Shown: positions 1 to 9,599 of the stretch, one piece after another
How the letters are laid out: each line of letters starts with the position of its first letter
Position numbering within the stretch: the stretch's first letter is position 1
Assembly: GCA_047150005.1 (NCBI GenBank)
Contig: AP038806.1
Location: 2,336,001 to 2,400,000 of the forward strand
Length of the DNA: 64,000 bases
Source of the DNA: Nitrospira sp.
Lineage (GTDB): Bacteria > Nitrospirota > Nitrospiria > Nitrospirales > Nitrospiraceae
Direction: 5' to 3'
Notes under the pieces: model-generated
Told to the model about the DNA's origin: nothing
The model's input: only the letters and a program-made list of their open reading frames with translations
Database searches by the model: none
Position numbers and translations under genes: made by a program

Positions 1-1073
1 AACAGCGCGTCGAGGCCATGCATCTGCAGCCCTGTCACTCGCCCATCTGGGATACGTCGCTGTTGATGAATGCGCTGGTTGAAAGCGGCATGGCACCGGA
101 CCAGCTTCCGTTGCAGCGGGCGGCCCGGTACCTGATGTCCCGACAGACGAACACGGTCGGTGATTGGAAATTTTCCTCGCCTCACGCGGAGCCGGGTGGC
201 TGGTATTTTCAACACGAGAACGAATTGTACCCGGACGTGGACGATTCCGCCGTCGTGCTCATGGCCCTGTCGAAAGTCCGCATTCCTGAAGCGGCCGACC
301 TCCAGGACTCCATCAAACGGGGAGCGTCGTGGGTCTTGGCCATGCAGGGATCGGATGGAGGTTGGGGCGCGTACGACAAGGACAACAACCGGATCGTCTT
401 CAATTACATCCCGTTTGCCGATCACCATGCCTTGTTGGATCCGAGCACGTCGGATTTAACCGGGCGGTGTCTCGAAATGCTGGGAGCGCTGGGCGACGAC
501 CAATCGCATCCGGCCGTCGCTCCGGCGCTGGCCTTCCTCAAACGGGAGCAAGAACAAGACGGGAGTTGGTACGGCCGCTGGGGTGTCAATTACATCTACG
601 GAACCTGGTCGGTGCTGGCCGGCCTTCGGGCCATCGGAGAAGATCTTTCACAGCCATACATCCGTCGCGCGGTGGCGTGGCTGGAATCCAAGCAGAATCC
701 GGACGGAGGATGGGGAGAGTCCTGCCTCTCGTACGCCGAGGAGGCGTCGGCCGGCAGAGGAGACAGCACTCCCTCGCAGACCGCCTGGGCCGTCATGGGT
801 CTGATGTCCGCCGGCATGACCGATTCGTTCAGCGTCGCCAGAGGTATTCAATACCTGCTCCGGCATCAGGCGAAGGACGGGTCATGGGAGGAAGTGTGTC
901 ATACCGGCACGGGATTCCCTCGCGTGTTCTATCTTCGATATCACTGGTATTGCCAGTATTTCCCCCTGTGGGCCTTGGCGATGTATCGAAATCTCCGGAC
1001 ACGGGGAAAAATGCGGGCCGACGAAGTCAGACAACACGTGTTGTCCCACGGGTCCTATCGGTCCCATATGTGA
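1..1073 (+). CDS. shc: Squalene-hopene cyclase, 3' part (5' end outside window)
   Basis: DXDD motif (YPDVDDSA), multiple QW repeats (QGSDGGW, QEQDGSW, QNPDGGW, QAKDGSW), TGTGFPRVFYLRY; frame is open to the window edge. Confidence 0.96.
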   Translation, partial: QRVEAMHLQPCHSPIWDTSLLMNALVESGMAPDQLPLQRAARYLMSRQTNTVGDWKFSSPHAEPGGWYFQHENELYPDVDDSAVVLMALSKVRIPEAADLQDSIKRGASWVLAMQGSDGGWGAYDKDNNRIVFNYIPFADHHALLDPSTSDLTGRCLEMLGALGDDQSHPAVAPALAFLKREQEQDGSWYGRWGVNYIYGTWSVLAGLRAIGEDLSQPYIRRAVAWLESKQNPDGGWGESCLSYAEEASAGRGDSTPSQTAWAVMGLMSAGMTDSFSVARGIQYLLRHQAKDGSWEEVCHTGTGFPRVFYLRYHWYCQYFPLWALAMYRNLRTRGKMRADEVRQHVLSHGSYRSHM

Positions 1074-1124
1074 TCACTGCGAAGCGGCAGCCGTCGGCCG
1101 TGAACGCTCCTGTCCGGGTGCATC

Positions 1125-1904
1125 GTGAAGCCCGTCGCGATTTTTGCTGCAACTCGATGGGAACTCCGCGCCCTCCATCGCGCCTTTCCGACCGCCCGCG
1201 CTGCCACCCTCGCCGGCCTTCGCTGTTTTGCGGACGAACGGGCTGGCCACTCGTATCGGCTCATTCAAACCGGCGTCGGACCTGAGTCGGCTGCGAGGGT
1301 TGCCAAGACCGTCATGGATGCGCATGCGATGGAATCGATCATTTCCGCCGGGTTTGCCTGTGCATTGGTGCCCGCTCAGGTCGGAGATCTCATGATCGGC
1401 ACACAGAGCATTTCCGCCCGTTCGGAAGACCATTGGAAGGTCCAAGGGGACGTCGTTTCCTGCGACGAGGTGCTGAAAGAGCAGATGCGGGCCCTGGCGT
1501 GGGAAGCGGGCCTGCCCGTACGGACCGGCCGGTTCGTCTCGGTGCCGATCGTGGTGGGGCAAGCTCAGGAGAAGCGGTGCCTTTCCCAAGCGGCGGATGC
1601 GGTCGCACTCGATATGGAGAGCCAGGCGCTCGGCGCCGTGGCGTGGCAGCGGGGTGTTCCGTTCGCCATCGTCCGGACGGTGTCCGATCTACTTGATGAG
1701 GATCTCCCGCTCGACTTCAATCAATTTCTGAGACCCTTCGGATGGCCCAAGGGGTTGCGGCAGGTGCTCGCACATCCCGGCAGTCTTGCCGGCCTCAATC
1801 GGCTGAGAAAACAGAGCGGTCTGGCGGCGGAGCGGCTCACCGATCTCTTCACCCGCTATGCGGCCAGTCGACGTGACGGCCGGGAAATCGGGACCCCCTC
1901 GTGA
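1125..1904 (+). CDS. hpnG: Hopanoid-associated nucleoside phosphorylase (PNP/MTAN fold)
   Basis: TGVG, SAGFACAL, ALDMES and VRTVSD motifs; directly after shc. Confidence 0.82.
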   Translation: MKPVAIFAATRWELRALHRAFPTARAATLAGLRCFADERAGHSYRLIQTGVGPESAARVAKTVMDAHAMESIISAGFACALVPAQVGDLMIGTQSISARSEDHWKVQGDVVSCDEVLKEQMRALAWEAGLPVRTGRFVSVPIVVGQAQEKRCLSQAADAVALDMESQALGAVAWQRGVPFAIVRTVSDLLDEDLPLDFNQFLRPFGWPKGLRQVLAHPGSLAGLNRLRKQSGLAAERLTDLFTRYAASRRDGREIGTPS

Positions 1905-2671
1905 ACCGCTTGGTCGAACGAATGGGAGCCCGAGCACTGGCGATGGTCGGTGAAATGGGCCGCATGCTGCTCTTCGTGACTTCGTCGTTCGCGTGGCTTG
2001 CCAGGCCGCCGTTTCGGCCGATACAAGTCGTCAAGCAGCTGCACTTCGTTGGATACAAGTCCATGTTCGTCGTCGTGTTGACTGCGGGCTTCACGGGCAT
2101 GGTGTTGGCGTTGCAGGGGTACTACACCTTGCGTAAGTTCGGATCGGAAGGATTGCTCGGCTCCGCCGTCGCGCTCAGCATGATCCGTGAACTGGGGCCG
2201 GTGCTGGCTGCCTTGATGGTCACGGCGCGGGCCGGTTCCGCGATGACCGCCGAGATCGGCATCATGAGGATCACCGAGCAGATTGACGCGATGGATACGA
2301 TGGCCGTCAATCCGCTCCAATATTTGATCGCCCCGAAGCTACTGGCCGGTCTGATCGGCGTCCCCTTGCTCGTCGCGATTTTCGACGTTGTGGGGATCTA
2401 CGGCGGCTATCTGGTCGGTGTGGAGTTGCTGGGGGGCAATGGCGGCGCGTATTGGAACTCGATCGAGTCCGCCGTCGAATGGAAAGATGTCTACGGAGGC
2501 ATCCTGAAATCGATCAGCTTCGGGCTGATCGTGAGTTGGATTTGCTGTTACAAGGGATTTTTCACCAGGCACAGCGCCGAAGGGTTAGGCTCGGCGACGA
2601 CGGAGGCGGTGGTCCTCTCCTCCGTGTTAATTCTGGTATGGGATTATTTTTTGACGTCGGTGCTTCTCTGA
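1901..2671 (+). CDS. mlaE: MlaE-family ABC permease
   Basis: RELGPVLAALMVTARAGSAMTAEIG...EQIDA signature; GTGA overlap with hpnG. Confidence 0.93.
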   Translation: MNRLVERMGARALAMVGEMGRMLLFVTSSFAWLARPPFRPIQVVKQLHFVGYKSMFVVVLTAGFTGMVLALQGYYTLRKFGSEGLLGSAVALSMIRELGPVLAALMVTARAGSAMTAEIGIMRITEQIDAMDTMAVNPLQYLIAPKLLAGLIGVPLLVAIFDVVGIYGGYLVGVELLGGNGGAYWNSIESAVEWKDVYGGILKSISFGLIVSWICCYKGFFTRHSAEGLGSATTEAVVLSSVLILVWDYFLTSVLL

Positions 2672-2672
2672 A

Positions 2673-2704
2673 AGGTGAAGGTTGAGGCACCTCGGCCTTC
2701 ACCT
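2673..2704 (+). other. Intergenic 14-bp hairpin between mlaE and mlaF
   Basis: AGGTGAAGGTTGAG-GCAC-CTCGGCCTTCACCT, two G-U pairs, no U-tract. Confidence 0.6.
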
Positions 2705-2712
2705 GCAAGGCT

Positions 2713-3468
2713 ATGATCAGACTCGTCGGGGTGGAAAAGACGTTGGGCGGACAGCGGGTCCTGCAGGGCCTCGACTTGTCCGTGCCGGAGGGACAGCTGA
2801 CGACGGTGATCGGACGCAGCGGAGAAGGCAAGAGCGTGCTTCTCAAGCACATGATCGGATTGATGCAGCCGGATCGAGGCGAAGTCTGGGTGGGAGATGT
2901 AGAAATTTCCCGCTTGAAAGGCAAACGGTTGAACGACGTCCGGAAGCGGTTTTCCATGCTCTTTCAGGGCGCGGCCTTGTTCGACTCCCTCTCCGTCTTC
3001 GAAAATGTCGCCTTTCCCCTCAGGGAGAAGCTTCAGATGAAGGGACCGGAGGTGTCCCGGCGGGTCGAGGAGAAGCTGGAGCAGGTCGGGTTGAAGGGTA
3101 TGGGGCACAAGTATCCAGCCGAACTCAGCGGCGGCATGAAGAAACGGGCCGGGCTGGCGCGCGCGCTGGTCATGGAGCCGGAGATCATCCTGTTCGATGA
3201 ACCGACGACCGGCCTCGATCCGTTGATGGCGAAATCCATCCATGATCTCATCGTCTCGATGCATCGCCGGTTCCGGTTCACGGCCGTCATGGTCAGCCAC
3301 GAGATTCCGGAAGTCTTCGGCATTTCCGACTGGGTTGCGATGCTGCAGCGGGGGAAAATCGCCGCGATGGCGCCGGCTGCGGAGTTTGTGCGGACCGAAG
3401 ATCAGGAGATTCAGGAGTTCATCACCGTCGGCGGCACCCTGGCCTTGCCGAAGGCGGTGGCCGGATAA
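2713..3468 (+). CDS. mlaF: MlaF-family ABC ATPase
   Basis: Walker A GRSGEGKS, signature LSGGMKKR, Walker B ILFDEPTTGLDP. Confidence 0.93.
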   Translation: MIRLVGVEKTLGGQRVLQGLDLSVPEGQLTTVIGRSGEGKSVLLKHMIGLMQPDRGEVWVGDVEISRLKGKRLNDVRKRFSMLFQGAALFDSLSVFENVAFPLREKLQMKGPEVSRRVEEKLEQVGLKGMGHKYPAELSGGMKKRAGLARALVMEPEIILFDEPTTGLDPLMAKSIHDLIVSMHRRFRFTAVMVSHEIPEVFGISDWVAMLQRGKIAAMAPAAEFVRTEDQEIQEFITVGGTLALPKAVAG

Positions 3469-3488
3469 GACGGAGGAGTACGCGTCCT

Positions 3489-3932
3489 ATGGAGAAAGTC
3501 AAGCTTGAACTGGTCGTGGGCATATTCGTACTGATCGGGATCGTCTGCCTCGGCTATCTGTCGATCAAACTAGGGAAGTTGGAATTGGTCGGCGGAAACG
3601 TCTATGAGGTCGTGGCGCAGTTCAATTCGGCATCGGGACTCAAACCGGGATCGGCCGTCGAAATCGCCGGCGTCGAAGTCGGGAGAGTGCGCAGCATCGT
3701 CCTGAAAGACGATCGCGCGGCGGTGACCTTGGCGGTTCATGACCATGTCAAGCTGTACAGTGATACGATCGCGTCCATCAAGACCAGGGGCATCATCGGC
3801 GAGAAGTTTCTCGCGCTGTCACCCGGCGGCGGCGGTGATGCCTTGAAATCGGGAGACACGATCCGGGATACGGAGTCCGGACTGGACTTGGAAGAACTGG
3901 TCAGCCAGTATGTGCACGGGAAGGTCAACTGA
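3489..3932 (+). CDS. mlaD: MlaD / MCE-domain protein
   Basis: N-terminal TM helix, SGLKPGSAVEIAGVEVGRV and GIIGEKFLAL; GGAG RBS. Confidence 0.93.
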   Translation: MEKVKLELVVGIFVLIGIVCLGYLSIKLGKLELVGGNVYEVVAQFNSASGLKPGSAVEIAGVEVGRVRSIVLKDDRAAVTLAVHDHVKLYSDTIASIKTRGIIGEKFLALSPGGGGDALKSGDTIRDTESGLDLEELVSQYVHGKVN

Positions 3933-3984
3933 CACGTCGCCGGGATATTCCGGCGAAGCGGCCGCGCAGATGGAGACGGACCAC

Positions 3985-4623
3985 ATGCCACATTTTTTAG
4001 AGCGATTGAGGAGAATCGGTTTCGTGATGGGTGTGAGCGTCGCGCTGACGACCTTGGTCGTCGGAGTCGGTCTCCGTCCTGCCGCGGCCGGGGGTGCCAC
4101 CGAAGCCATGAAATCGACGATCGACGAGGTCTTGAGGATCCTGGGGGACAAGGAACTCAAGCATCCGGAGAAAGCCTCGCAGCGGCGGAAGATGCTGGAG
4201 AAGGTCGTCGGGGACCGATTTGATTATGGCGAGATGTCCAGGCGGTCGCTGGGGGCCGCGTGGACGGGTCTCTCCGCCGCCGAACGGGAAGAGTTCGTCG
4301 ATCTCTTCCAGACCCTGTTGGTCAATACCTATGCCGAGAAAGTCGAAACGTATTCCGGCGAAGGCGTCCACTACATCAACGAGCGCATGGAGAAGGACTA
4401 TGCCGAGGTACGGACCAAAGTCCTGACCGGGAAGACGGAAATACCCTTGGACTATCGATTGTTGTACCGGGACTCCGTCTGGCGGGTCTATGATGTAGTG
4501 GTGGATGGAGTGAGCCTCGTCAACAACTATCGCGGCCAGTTCAGCAAGATCCTCAAGAACGGAACCTTTGCCGAGCTCATCGACCAGCTTCGGAAGAAGT
4601 CGGAAAAAATCCGAACCTCGTAG
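3985..4623 (+). CDS. mlaC: MlaC/Ttg2D (HpnM-like) periplasmic lipid-binding protein
   Basis: FDYGEMSRRSLG and WRVYDVVVDGVSLVNNYRGQF motifs; start placed at ATG 3985 after GGAG (uncertain). Confidence 0.88.
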   Translation: MPHFLERLRRIGFVMGVSVALTTLVVGVGLRPAAAGGATEAMKSTIDEVLRILGDKELKHPEKASQRRKMLEKVVGDRFDYGEMSRRSLGAAWTGLSAAEREEFVDLFQTLLVNTYAEKVETYSGEGVHYINERMEKDYAEVRTKVLTGKTEIPLDYRLLYRDSVWRVYDVVVDGVSLVNNYRGQFSKILKNGTFAELIDQLRKKSEKIRTS

Positions 4624-4643
4624 AGGTCCGGCGTCGAACGCTC

Positions 4644-5846
4644 ATGACGACCCTGTGCGGCATTGTGGTGTTCTGTGCATGCCTGCTCGCGGGAGTCGCG
4701 GTTGTCCGGATTGACACAGCCCGCGCGGACACGCAGCTCTTTCCCGTTCCCTCCGTTTCCACGACCAAAAACGACGGAAACAGCGCGGGGTTGATCGTTC
4801 CCATCTTGGTCACCGATCCGGACGGCGAACTCAAGTACCTCATGGCTCCCATGCTGATCCGAAATTCCATCGTCGGATGGCAGGGGACCCTCAACCTGTT
4901 CCGCTATGATATGGGCGGACGTCAGCTGCACTTCATCGCGTCGATTTCCGAGAAGATTGAACGGAAGCTCTACTTCAATTACACGGACCCGGCGTTCAGC
5001 AACGGGAGATATTTTTTGAACGTCGGCGCCACCTACTTCAAGAACGCGACGGCCCGCTTTTTCGGGCTCGGGCAGACGACGACCGAGGGTGACCAAACCA
5101 ACTACACGGCAAATGAAAGTCGCGCCAACTGGCGCTTCGGCATCTATGCCAACGAAGTGACCCAGATCGCCATCAGCCAGCGGTTTCGTGCGATGCAACT
5201 CCAAGTAGGTGCGACCGACCTGCCTTTTACAGGAGACGTCTACCCCACGGTTCCCGGCGTCCAAGGGGAGACGTATATTCTCGGGAACCGCGCCACTTTT
5301 TATTACGATACCCGTAACAGCCTCGTATCCCCGACCGACGGCATGGCCGTAACGGCCTATGCGGAACTGAACAACAATTTCCGTAACGGGGACCACCCGA
5401 TCTATTCGCGGTATGAATTCGAGGTCAAGAAATTGTTCCCCAGTGAATCGAAGCGCGCGATTCTGGTCGTGCGGGCCGATCTGCAGGCGACGATTGGCGA
5501 GCAGGTTCCGTTCTTCGAACAAAGCTCGTTGGGGGGGCAGAACAACCTGCGAGGGTACGGCGTGGATCGCTACATCGACAAAAATCTCGTCGCACTGAGT
5601 CTGGAGGAGCGCATCCACCTGGCCAGGATGAAAGTGGCGGGGGTGACGGCGGATTTTGAAGTGGCGCCGTTTTTGGACACCGGCCAGGTGTTTGACAGCT
5701 TCAAGGACGTCAGTTTCAAGGACTATCGGATGACGCCGGGAATGGGATTTCGCGGCATCGTCCGACCGAACGTCGTCGGCCGCATCGACTACGGATACAG
5801 CAAGGAAGGGGGAGCCGTCTTCGCCGGTCTGGATTTCCCGTATTGA
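4644..5846 (+). CDS. Omp85 (BamA/TamA-like) outer-membrane beta-barrel
   Basis: Signal peptide, amphipathic beta-strand pattern, LGGQNNLRGYG (VRGF/Y-like loop), aromatic C-terminus GLDFPY; no obvious POTRA domains. Confidence 0.75.
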   Translation: MTTLCGIVVFCACLLAGVAVVRIDTARADTQLFPVPSVSTTKNDGNSAGLIVPILVTDPDGELKYLMAPMLIRNSIVGWQGTLNLFRYDMGGRQLHFIASISEKIERKLYFNYTDPAFSNGRYFLNVGATYFKNATARFFGLGQTTTEGDQTNYTANESRANWRFGIYANEVTQIAISQRFRAMQLQVGATDLPFTGDVYPTVPGVQGETYILGNRATFYYDTRNSLVSPTDGMAVTAYAELNNNFRNGDHPIYSRYEFEVKKLFPSESKRAILVVRADLQATIGEQVPFFEQSSLGGQNNLRGYGVDRYIDKNLVALSLEERIHLARMKVAGVTADFEVAPFLDTGQVFDSFKDVSFKDYRMTPGMGFRGIVRPNVVGRIDYGYSKEGGAVFAGLDFPY

Positions 5847-5903
5847 TCGGCTTCTCCGGATGGATTGCAGGGGAAGCCGGTTGCCAGAGAGTGGGCTAAC
5901 TGC

Positions 5904-5932
5904 TTGACACTAGGGGGGTTCTATGGGACACT
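5904..5932 (+). promoter_or_regulatory. Putative sigma70 promoter for dxs-ispG
   Basis: TTGACA-N17-GACACT with TG at the extended -10 position. Confidence 0.5.
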
Positions 5933-6031
5933 ATCGAACGCTAGCATGCAAGCCGGTTGACTGCTTCGCTCGAGCCTCTCTATCCGCCTATTCGCGTTGA
6001 GCACGACTTCACGCAAAAGGAGCATCTGCTT

Positions 6032-7981
6032 ATGTCGATCTTGAAGACGATCCACAGCCCCGCCGACCTGAAACGGCTTCCGCCTTCGAAGTTTCCGGCC
6101 TTGTGCCAGGAATTGCGCGAGCAGATCATCGGTGTGGTGTCCAGCGTCGGCGGGCACCTTGCCTCCAATCTCGGAGTCATCGAACTCACCGTTGCGCTGC
6201 ATTACTTGTTGGACACACCCGAAGACAAGATCGTCTGGGACACCAGCAACCAAGCCTACGCGCACAAGCTGCTGACGGGGCGTCGTGAGCAGTTCCATAC
6301 ACTGCGGCAGTACGGAGGCCTGAGCGGATTTTGCAAGCGTGAAGAGAGCGCCTACGACACATTCAACGCGGGACATGCCGGCACCGGCGTTTCCGCGGCA
6401 TATGGCATGGTCGAAGCCAGGGAGCAGCTGGGCCACAAGCATAAGGTCGTCTGCGTCGTCGGCGACGGTGCGATGACGGCGGGCATGACCCTCGAAGGCC
6501 TTCATCATGCAGGGGGGCTGAATAAAGACTTCCTGGTAATCCTGAACGACAATCAAATGTCGATTTCGAAGAACGTCGGAGCCATCTCGTCCTACTTGAA
6601 CCGGACCTTCACCGGCGAGTTTTATACCAAGATGCGCGAGGAAACCGAACAGCTGCTAAGCAAGATCCCTCACATCGGTCAGGATATGCAGAAGCTGGCG
6701 CGCCGTGCGGAGGAACTGGCGCGGGGCGCAATTCTGCCCGGACTGTTGTTCGAGGAACTCGGGTTCCGTTATGCCGGTCCGATCGACGGACACAACTTCG
6801 AGCACCTGCTGCCGACCTTGGAGAACGTGTTGCGTATGAGAGGCCCGGTCCTGCTCCACGTCATCACCAAGAAGGGACTCGGCTATGAACCCGCGGTTCA
6901 GAATCCCGTCTGGTTCCATGCGTGCCCGCCGTTCGTCCGCGAAAGCGGAGTTCCGGCCAAGAAGGCGGCGCGCCCGTCTTACACCCAGATCGCCATCGAT
7001 TCCCTCGTGAAGCTGGCCAGACAGGACAGTCGGATCGTCGCGATCACCGCGGCGATGTGCGAGGGCACGGGGCTCAATGCGTTTGAGAAAGAATTTCCCG
7101 ATCGGCTGTACGACGTGGGTATTGCCGAACAGCACGCGGTGACCTTTGCCGCGGGACTGGCTGCGGAAGGCATGCGGCCCGTGGTCGCGATGTATGCCAC
7201 GTTTCTGCAGCGCGCCTATGATCAGGTCGTTCATGACGTCGCCACGCAAAACTTGCCCGTGACTTTCTGCATCGATCGAGGTGGTCTGGTCGCGGAGGAC
7301 GGGACGACTCACCATGGAGCCTTCGACTTCGCGTACCTGCGGCACATGCCCAACATGGTCGTGATGGCTCCGAAGGACGAAAATGAATTGCAACATATGC
7401 TCAAGACCTGTGTTCAGTACGACGGTCCCGCGTCGGTGCGGTATCCGCGGGGCGTCAGCCTCGGCGTGCCGATGGATCCGGCTCCCGCCGCATTGCCGAT
7501 CGGGAAGGGGGAGTTGCTGCGCGACGGCGACGAGGTTGCCATCGTGGCGGTCGGCGTTCCGGTTTGGCAGGCGGTCAAGGCGGCGGAGCGGCTGGCTGAA
7601 GAAGGGATTTCAACGGCGGTGGTCAATGCGAGGTTTGTCAAACCGCTGGACCGGGACCTGATCTTGAGCGTGGCCAGGCGGGTCCGGTATGTCGTGACCG
7701 TCGAAGAAGGATGCAAGATGGGCGGATTCGGATCGGCGGTGCTTGAAGCGTTGTCGGATGCCGGCGTGACGGGGGTCAGGACCAAGATTGTCGGACTGCC
7801 GGATTGGTACATCGAGCAGGGACCGCAGGATCTTCTGCGTGAGCGGTACGGCCTGACGGCCGAGGGGATCTACGGCAGCGTGAAGGATCTGATCGGAACC
7901 GGGGCCGGCCAGGCTGTAAAGGAAGGTGCGCTGTCCGCGTCGTTGACTCACTCGCCTCACGGCGACGAGCAGGGCAGCTAG
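6032..7981 (+). CDS. dxs: 1-deoxy-D-xylulose-5-phosphate synthase
   Basis: GGHLASNLG, TPP motif GDGAMTAG...LNDN, DVGIAEQHA, FLQRAYDQ, DRGGLVAEDG; AAGGAG RBS before ATG 6032. Confidence 0.97.
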   Translation: MSILKTIHSPADLKRLPPSKFPALCQELREQIIGVVSSVGGHLASNLGVIELTVALHYLLDTPEDKIVWDTSNQAYAHKLLTGRREQFHTLRQYGGLSGFCKREESAYDTFNAGHAGTGVSAAYGMVEAREQLGHKHKVVCVVGDGAMTAGMTLEGLHHAGGLNKDFLVILNDNQMSISKNVGAISSYLNRTFTGEFYTKMREETEQLLSKIPHIGQDMQKLARRAEELARGAILPGLLFEELGFRYAGPIDGHNFEHLLPTLENVLRMRGPVLLHVITKKGLGYEPAVQNPVWFHACPPFVRESGVPAKKAARPSYTQIAIDSLVKLARQDSRIVAITAAMCEGTGLNAFEKEFPDRLYDVGIAEQHAVTFAAGLAAEGMRPVVAMYATFLQRAYDQVVHDVATQNLPVTFCIDRGGLVAEDGTTHHGAFDFAYLRHMPNMVVMAPKDENELQHMLKTCVQYDGPASVRYPRGVSLGVPMDPAPAALPIGKGELLRDGDEVAIVAVGVPVWQAVKAAERLAEEGISTAVVNARFVKPLDRDLILSVARRVRYVVTVEEGCKMGGFGSAVLEALSDAGVTGVRTKIVGLPDWYIEQGPQDLLRERYGLTAEGIYGSVKDLIGTGAGQAVKEGALSASLTHSPHGDEQGS

Positions 7982-8009
7982 CGCGCAGACGCGAGAACGA
8001 GAAGACCTC

Positions 8010-9191
8010 ATGCACATTACAAGACGGAAGACACGGCAGATTCACGTCGGCACGGTGAAGATCGGAGGCGATGCACCCGTTTCCGTTCAATCCATGTGTT
8101 CGACCGACACTCGTGATGTGGCGGCGACCGTGGAGCAGATCCGACAGCTGGAAGCGGCGGGTTGCGAACTCATCCGGGTCGCCGTTCCCGACGAAGACGC
8201 TGCGGCGGCCTTGCCGAAGATCAAGGCCGCCATGACCGTGCCCCTGATCGCCGACATTCATTTCGATCATCGGTTGGCGCTCCAGGCGGCCGCGATCGTG
8301 GATTGCGTCAGGATCAATCCCGGCAACATCGGCGCCTGGTGGAAAGTCGAAGAAGTCATCAAGGCTGTCAACGACCGGGGTATTCCTCTGCGCGTCGGCG
8401 TCAACGGCGGCTCGCTGGAGCGTCCGCTGCTCGACAAATACGGATGGCCGTCTCCCGAGGCCCTGGCGGAATCCGCGCTCAATGCCGTCCATGCGCTGGA
8501 AGACGTGGGCTTTACCAACATGAAGGTCTCGCTCAAGGCGTCCGACGTGCACCACGCCATCGACGCCTACTGGTTGTTCGCTCACCAATCGAACTATCCC
8601 TTGCACATCGGCATCACGGAAGCCGGCACCGCGATGACGGGAGCGGTCAAGTCGGCAATGGGGCTTGGATACTTGCTCTCCCAAGGCATCGGCGACACGA
8701 TGCGCGTGTCGCTCGCCGCCGATCCGGTCGAAGAGGTCAAGGTCGGCTTTGAAATCCTGAAGTCGCTTGAACTTCGTCATCGCGGCATCAACGTCATCGC
8801 CTGTCCCACATGCGGGCGGGTCGAGATCGACGTGGTCCGTATGGCCAATGAGCTGGAGAAGAAGCTCGGCCACATCAAGACTCCGCTGAATGTGTCCGTG
8901 CTCGGGTGCGTCGTCAACGGCATCGGGGAAGGAAAGGAAGCGGACATCGGGATCGCCGGCGGCGAAGGCAAAGGCATCCTCTTCAAGAAAGGCAAGTTGG
9001 TCCGCAAGGTGCCGATCGAAGAACTCATGGATACGTTGATCCAGGAAGTTGAGTTGCTGGCCAAGGAAAAAGAAGCCGAAGGGAGCGGCGACGCGCACGG
9101 TTCTGCCGACGAACGATGGGAACCGCTTGCTCCCCAATCGGACCAACCCTCGACGCTCGGACGGGAGATCCCCGTTCTTCCCAATCGCTGA
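8010..9191 (+). CDS. ispG: HMBPP synthase (flavodoxin-dependent)
   Basis: PVSVQSM, ADIHFD, RINPGNIG, GIGDTMRVSL, ACPTCGR, GCVVNGIGE. Confidence 0.97.
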   Translation: MHITRRKTRQIHVGTVKIGGDAPVSVQSMCSTDTRDVAATVEQIRQLEAAGCELIRVAVPDEDAAAALPKIKAAMTVPLIADIHFDHRLALQAAAIVDCVRINPGNIGAWWKVEEVIKAVNDRGIPLRVGVNGGSLERPLLDKYGWPSPEALAESALNAVHALEDVGFTNMKVSLKASDVHHAIDAYWLFAHQSNYPLHIGITEAGTAMTGAVKSAMGLGYLLSQGIGDTMRVSLAADPVEEVKVGFEILKSLELRHRGINVIACPTCGRVEIDVVRMANELEKKLGHIKTPLNVSVLGCVVNGIGEGKEADIGIAGGEGKGILFKKGKLVRKVPIEELMDTLIQEVELLAKEKEAEGSGDAHGSADERWEPLAPQSDQPSTLGREIPVLPNR

Positions 9192-9228
9192 CAGGATTTC
9201 CATTTACAGGACGACCGAGATCGGTCGG

Positions 9229-9258
9229 TTGAGATGCATCAGGAAGGCCCGCTATAAT
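9229..9258 (+). promoter_or_regulatory. Putative tRNA-Cys promoter
   Basis: TTGAGA-N18-TATAAT followed by a GC-rich discriminator just before the tRNA. Confidence 0.6.
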
Positions 9259-9266
9259 GCGCGCGT

Positions 9267-9342
9267 GGCGCCGTACCCAAGTGGCTAAGGGAGCAGTCTG
9301 CAAAACTGCGATGCAGCGGTTCGAACCCGCTCGGCGCCTCCA
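9267..9342 (+). tRNA. tRNA-Cys (GCA)
   Basis: Acceptor stem GGCGCCG/CGGCGCC, anticodon arm GCAGT-CTGCAAA-ACTGC, GGTTCGAA T-loop, U73 and encoded CCA. Confidence 0.97.
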
Positions 9343-9493
9343 AACAGAGCTTGCTCGACCCGGAGCCCTAAAATTCTTCTTGGCGACGGGATAAACACCA
9401 CCGGTGATTTGGAATATCCTAAGCATCGCACTTTTGTACGGTCCGACGACTCATCATCGTCTTACCGTACCGGTGATGCGGGAGTGGCCGAAA

Positions 9494-9523
9494 TTGACGC
9501 TTCGCCTAGTCGGATGATAAAAT
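9494..9523 (+). promoter_or_regulatory. Putative sigma70 promoter for hpnH
   Basis: TTGACG-N18-TAAAAT with TGn extension. Confidence 0.5.
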
Positions 9524-9599
9524 TCTGCGGGTTTTGGGTTGCAACCTGCACCGTGATTCACAGTTAACCACTGCATAATCGACGACAAGGAGAGCGGGA

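Noticed and set aside
7776..9203. 475-aa minus-strand ORF and similar long antisense or alternate-frame ORFs (e.g. 329-1285, 13027-14217, 37247-38371, 43166-44251)
   Set aside because: They overlap well-supported genes and are expected in high-GC DNA
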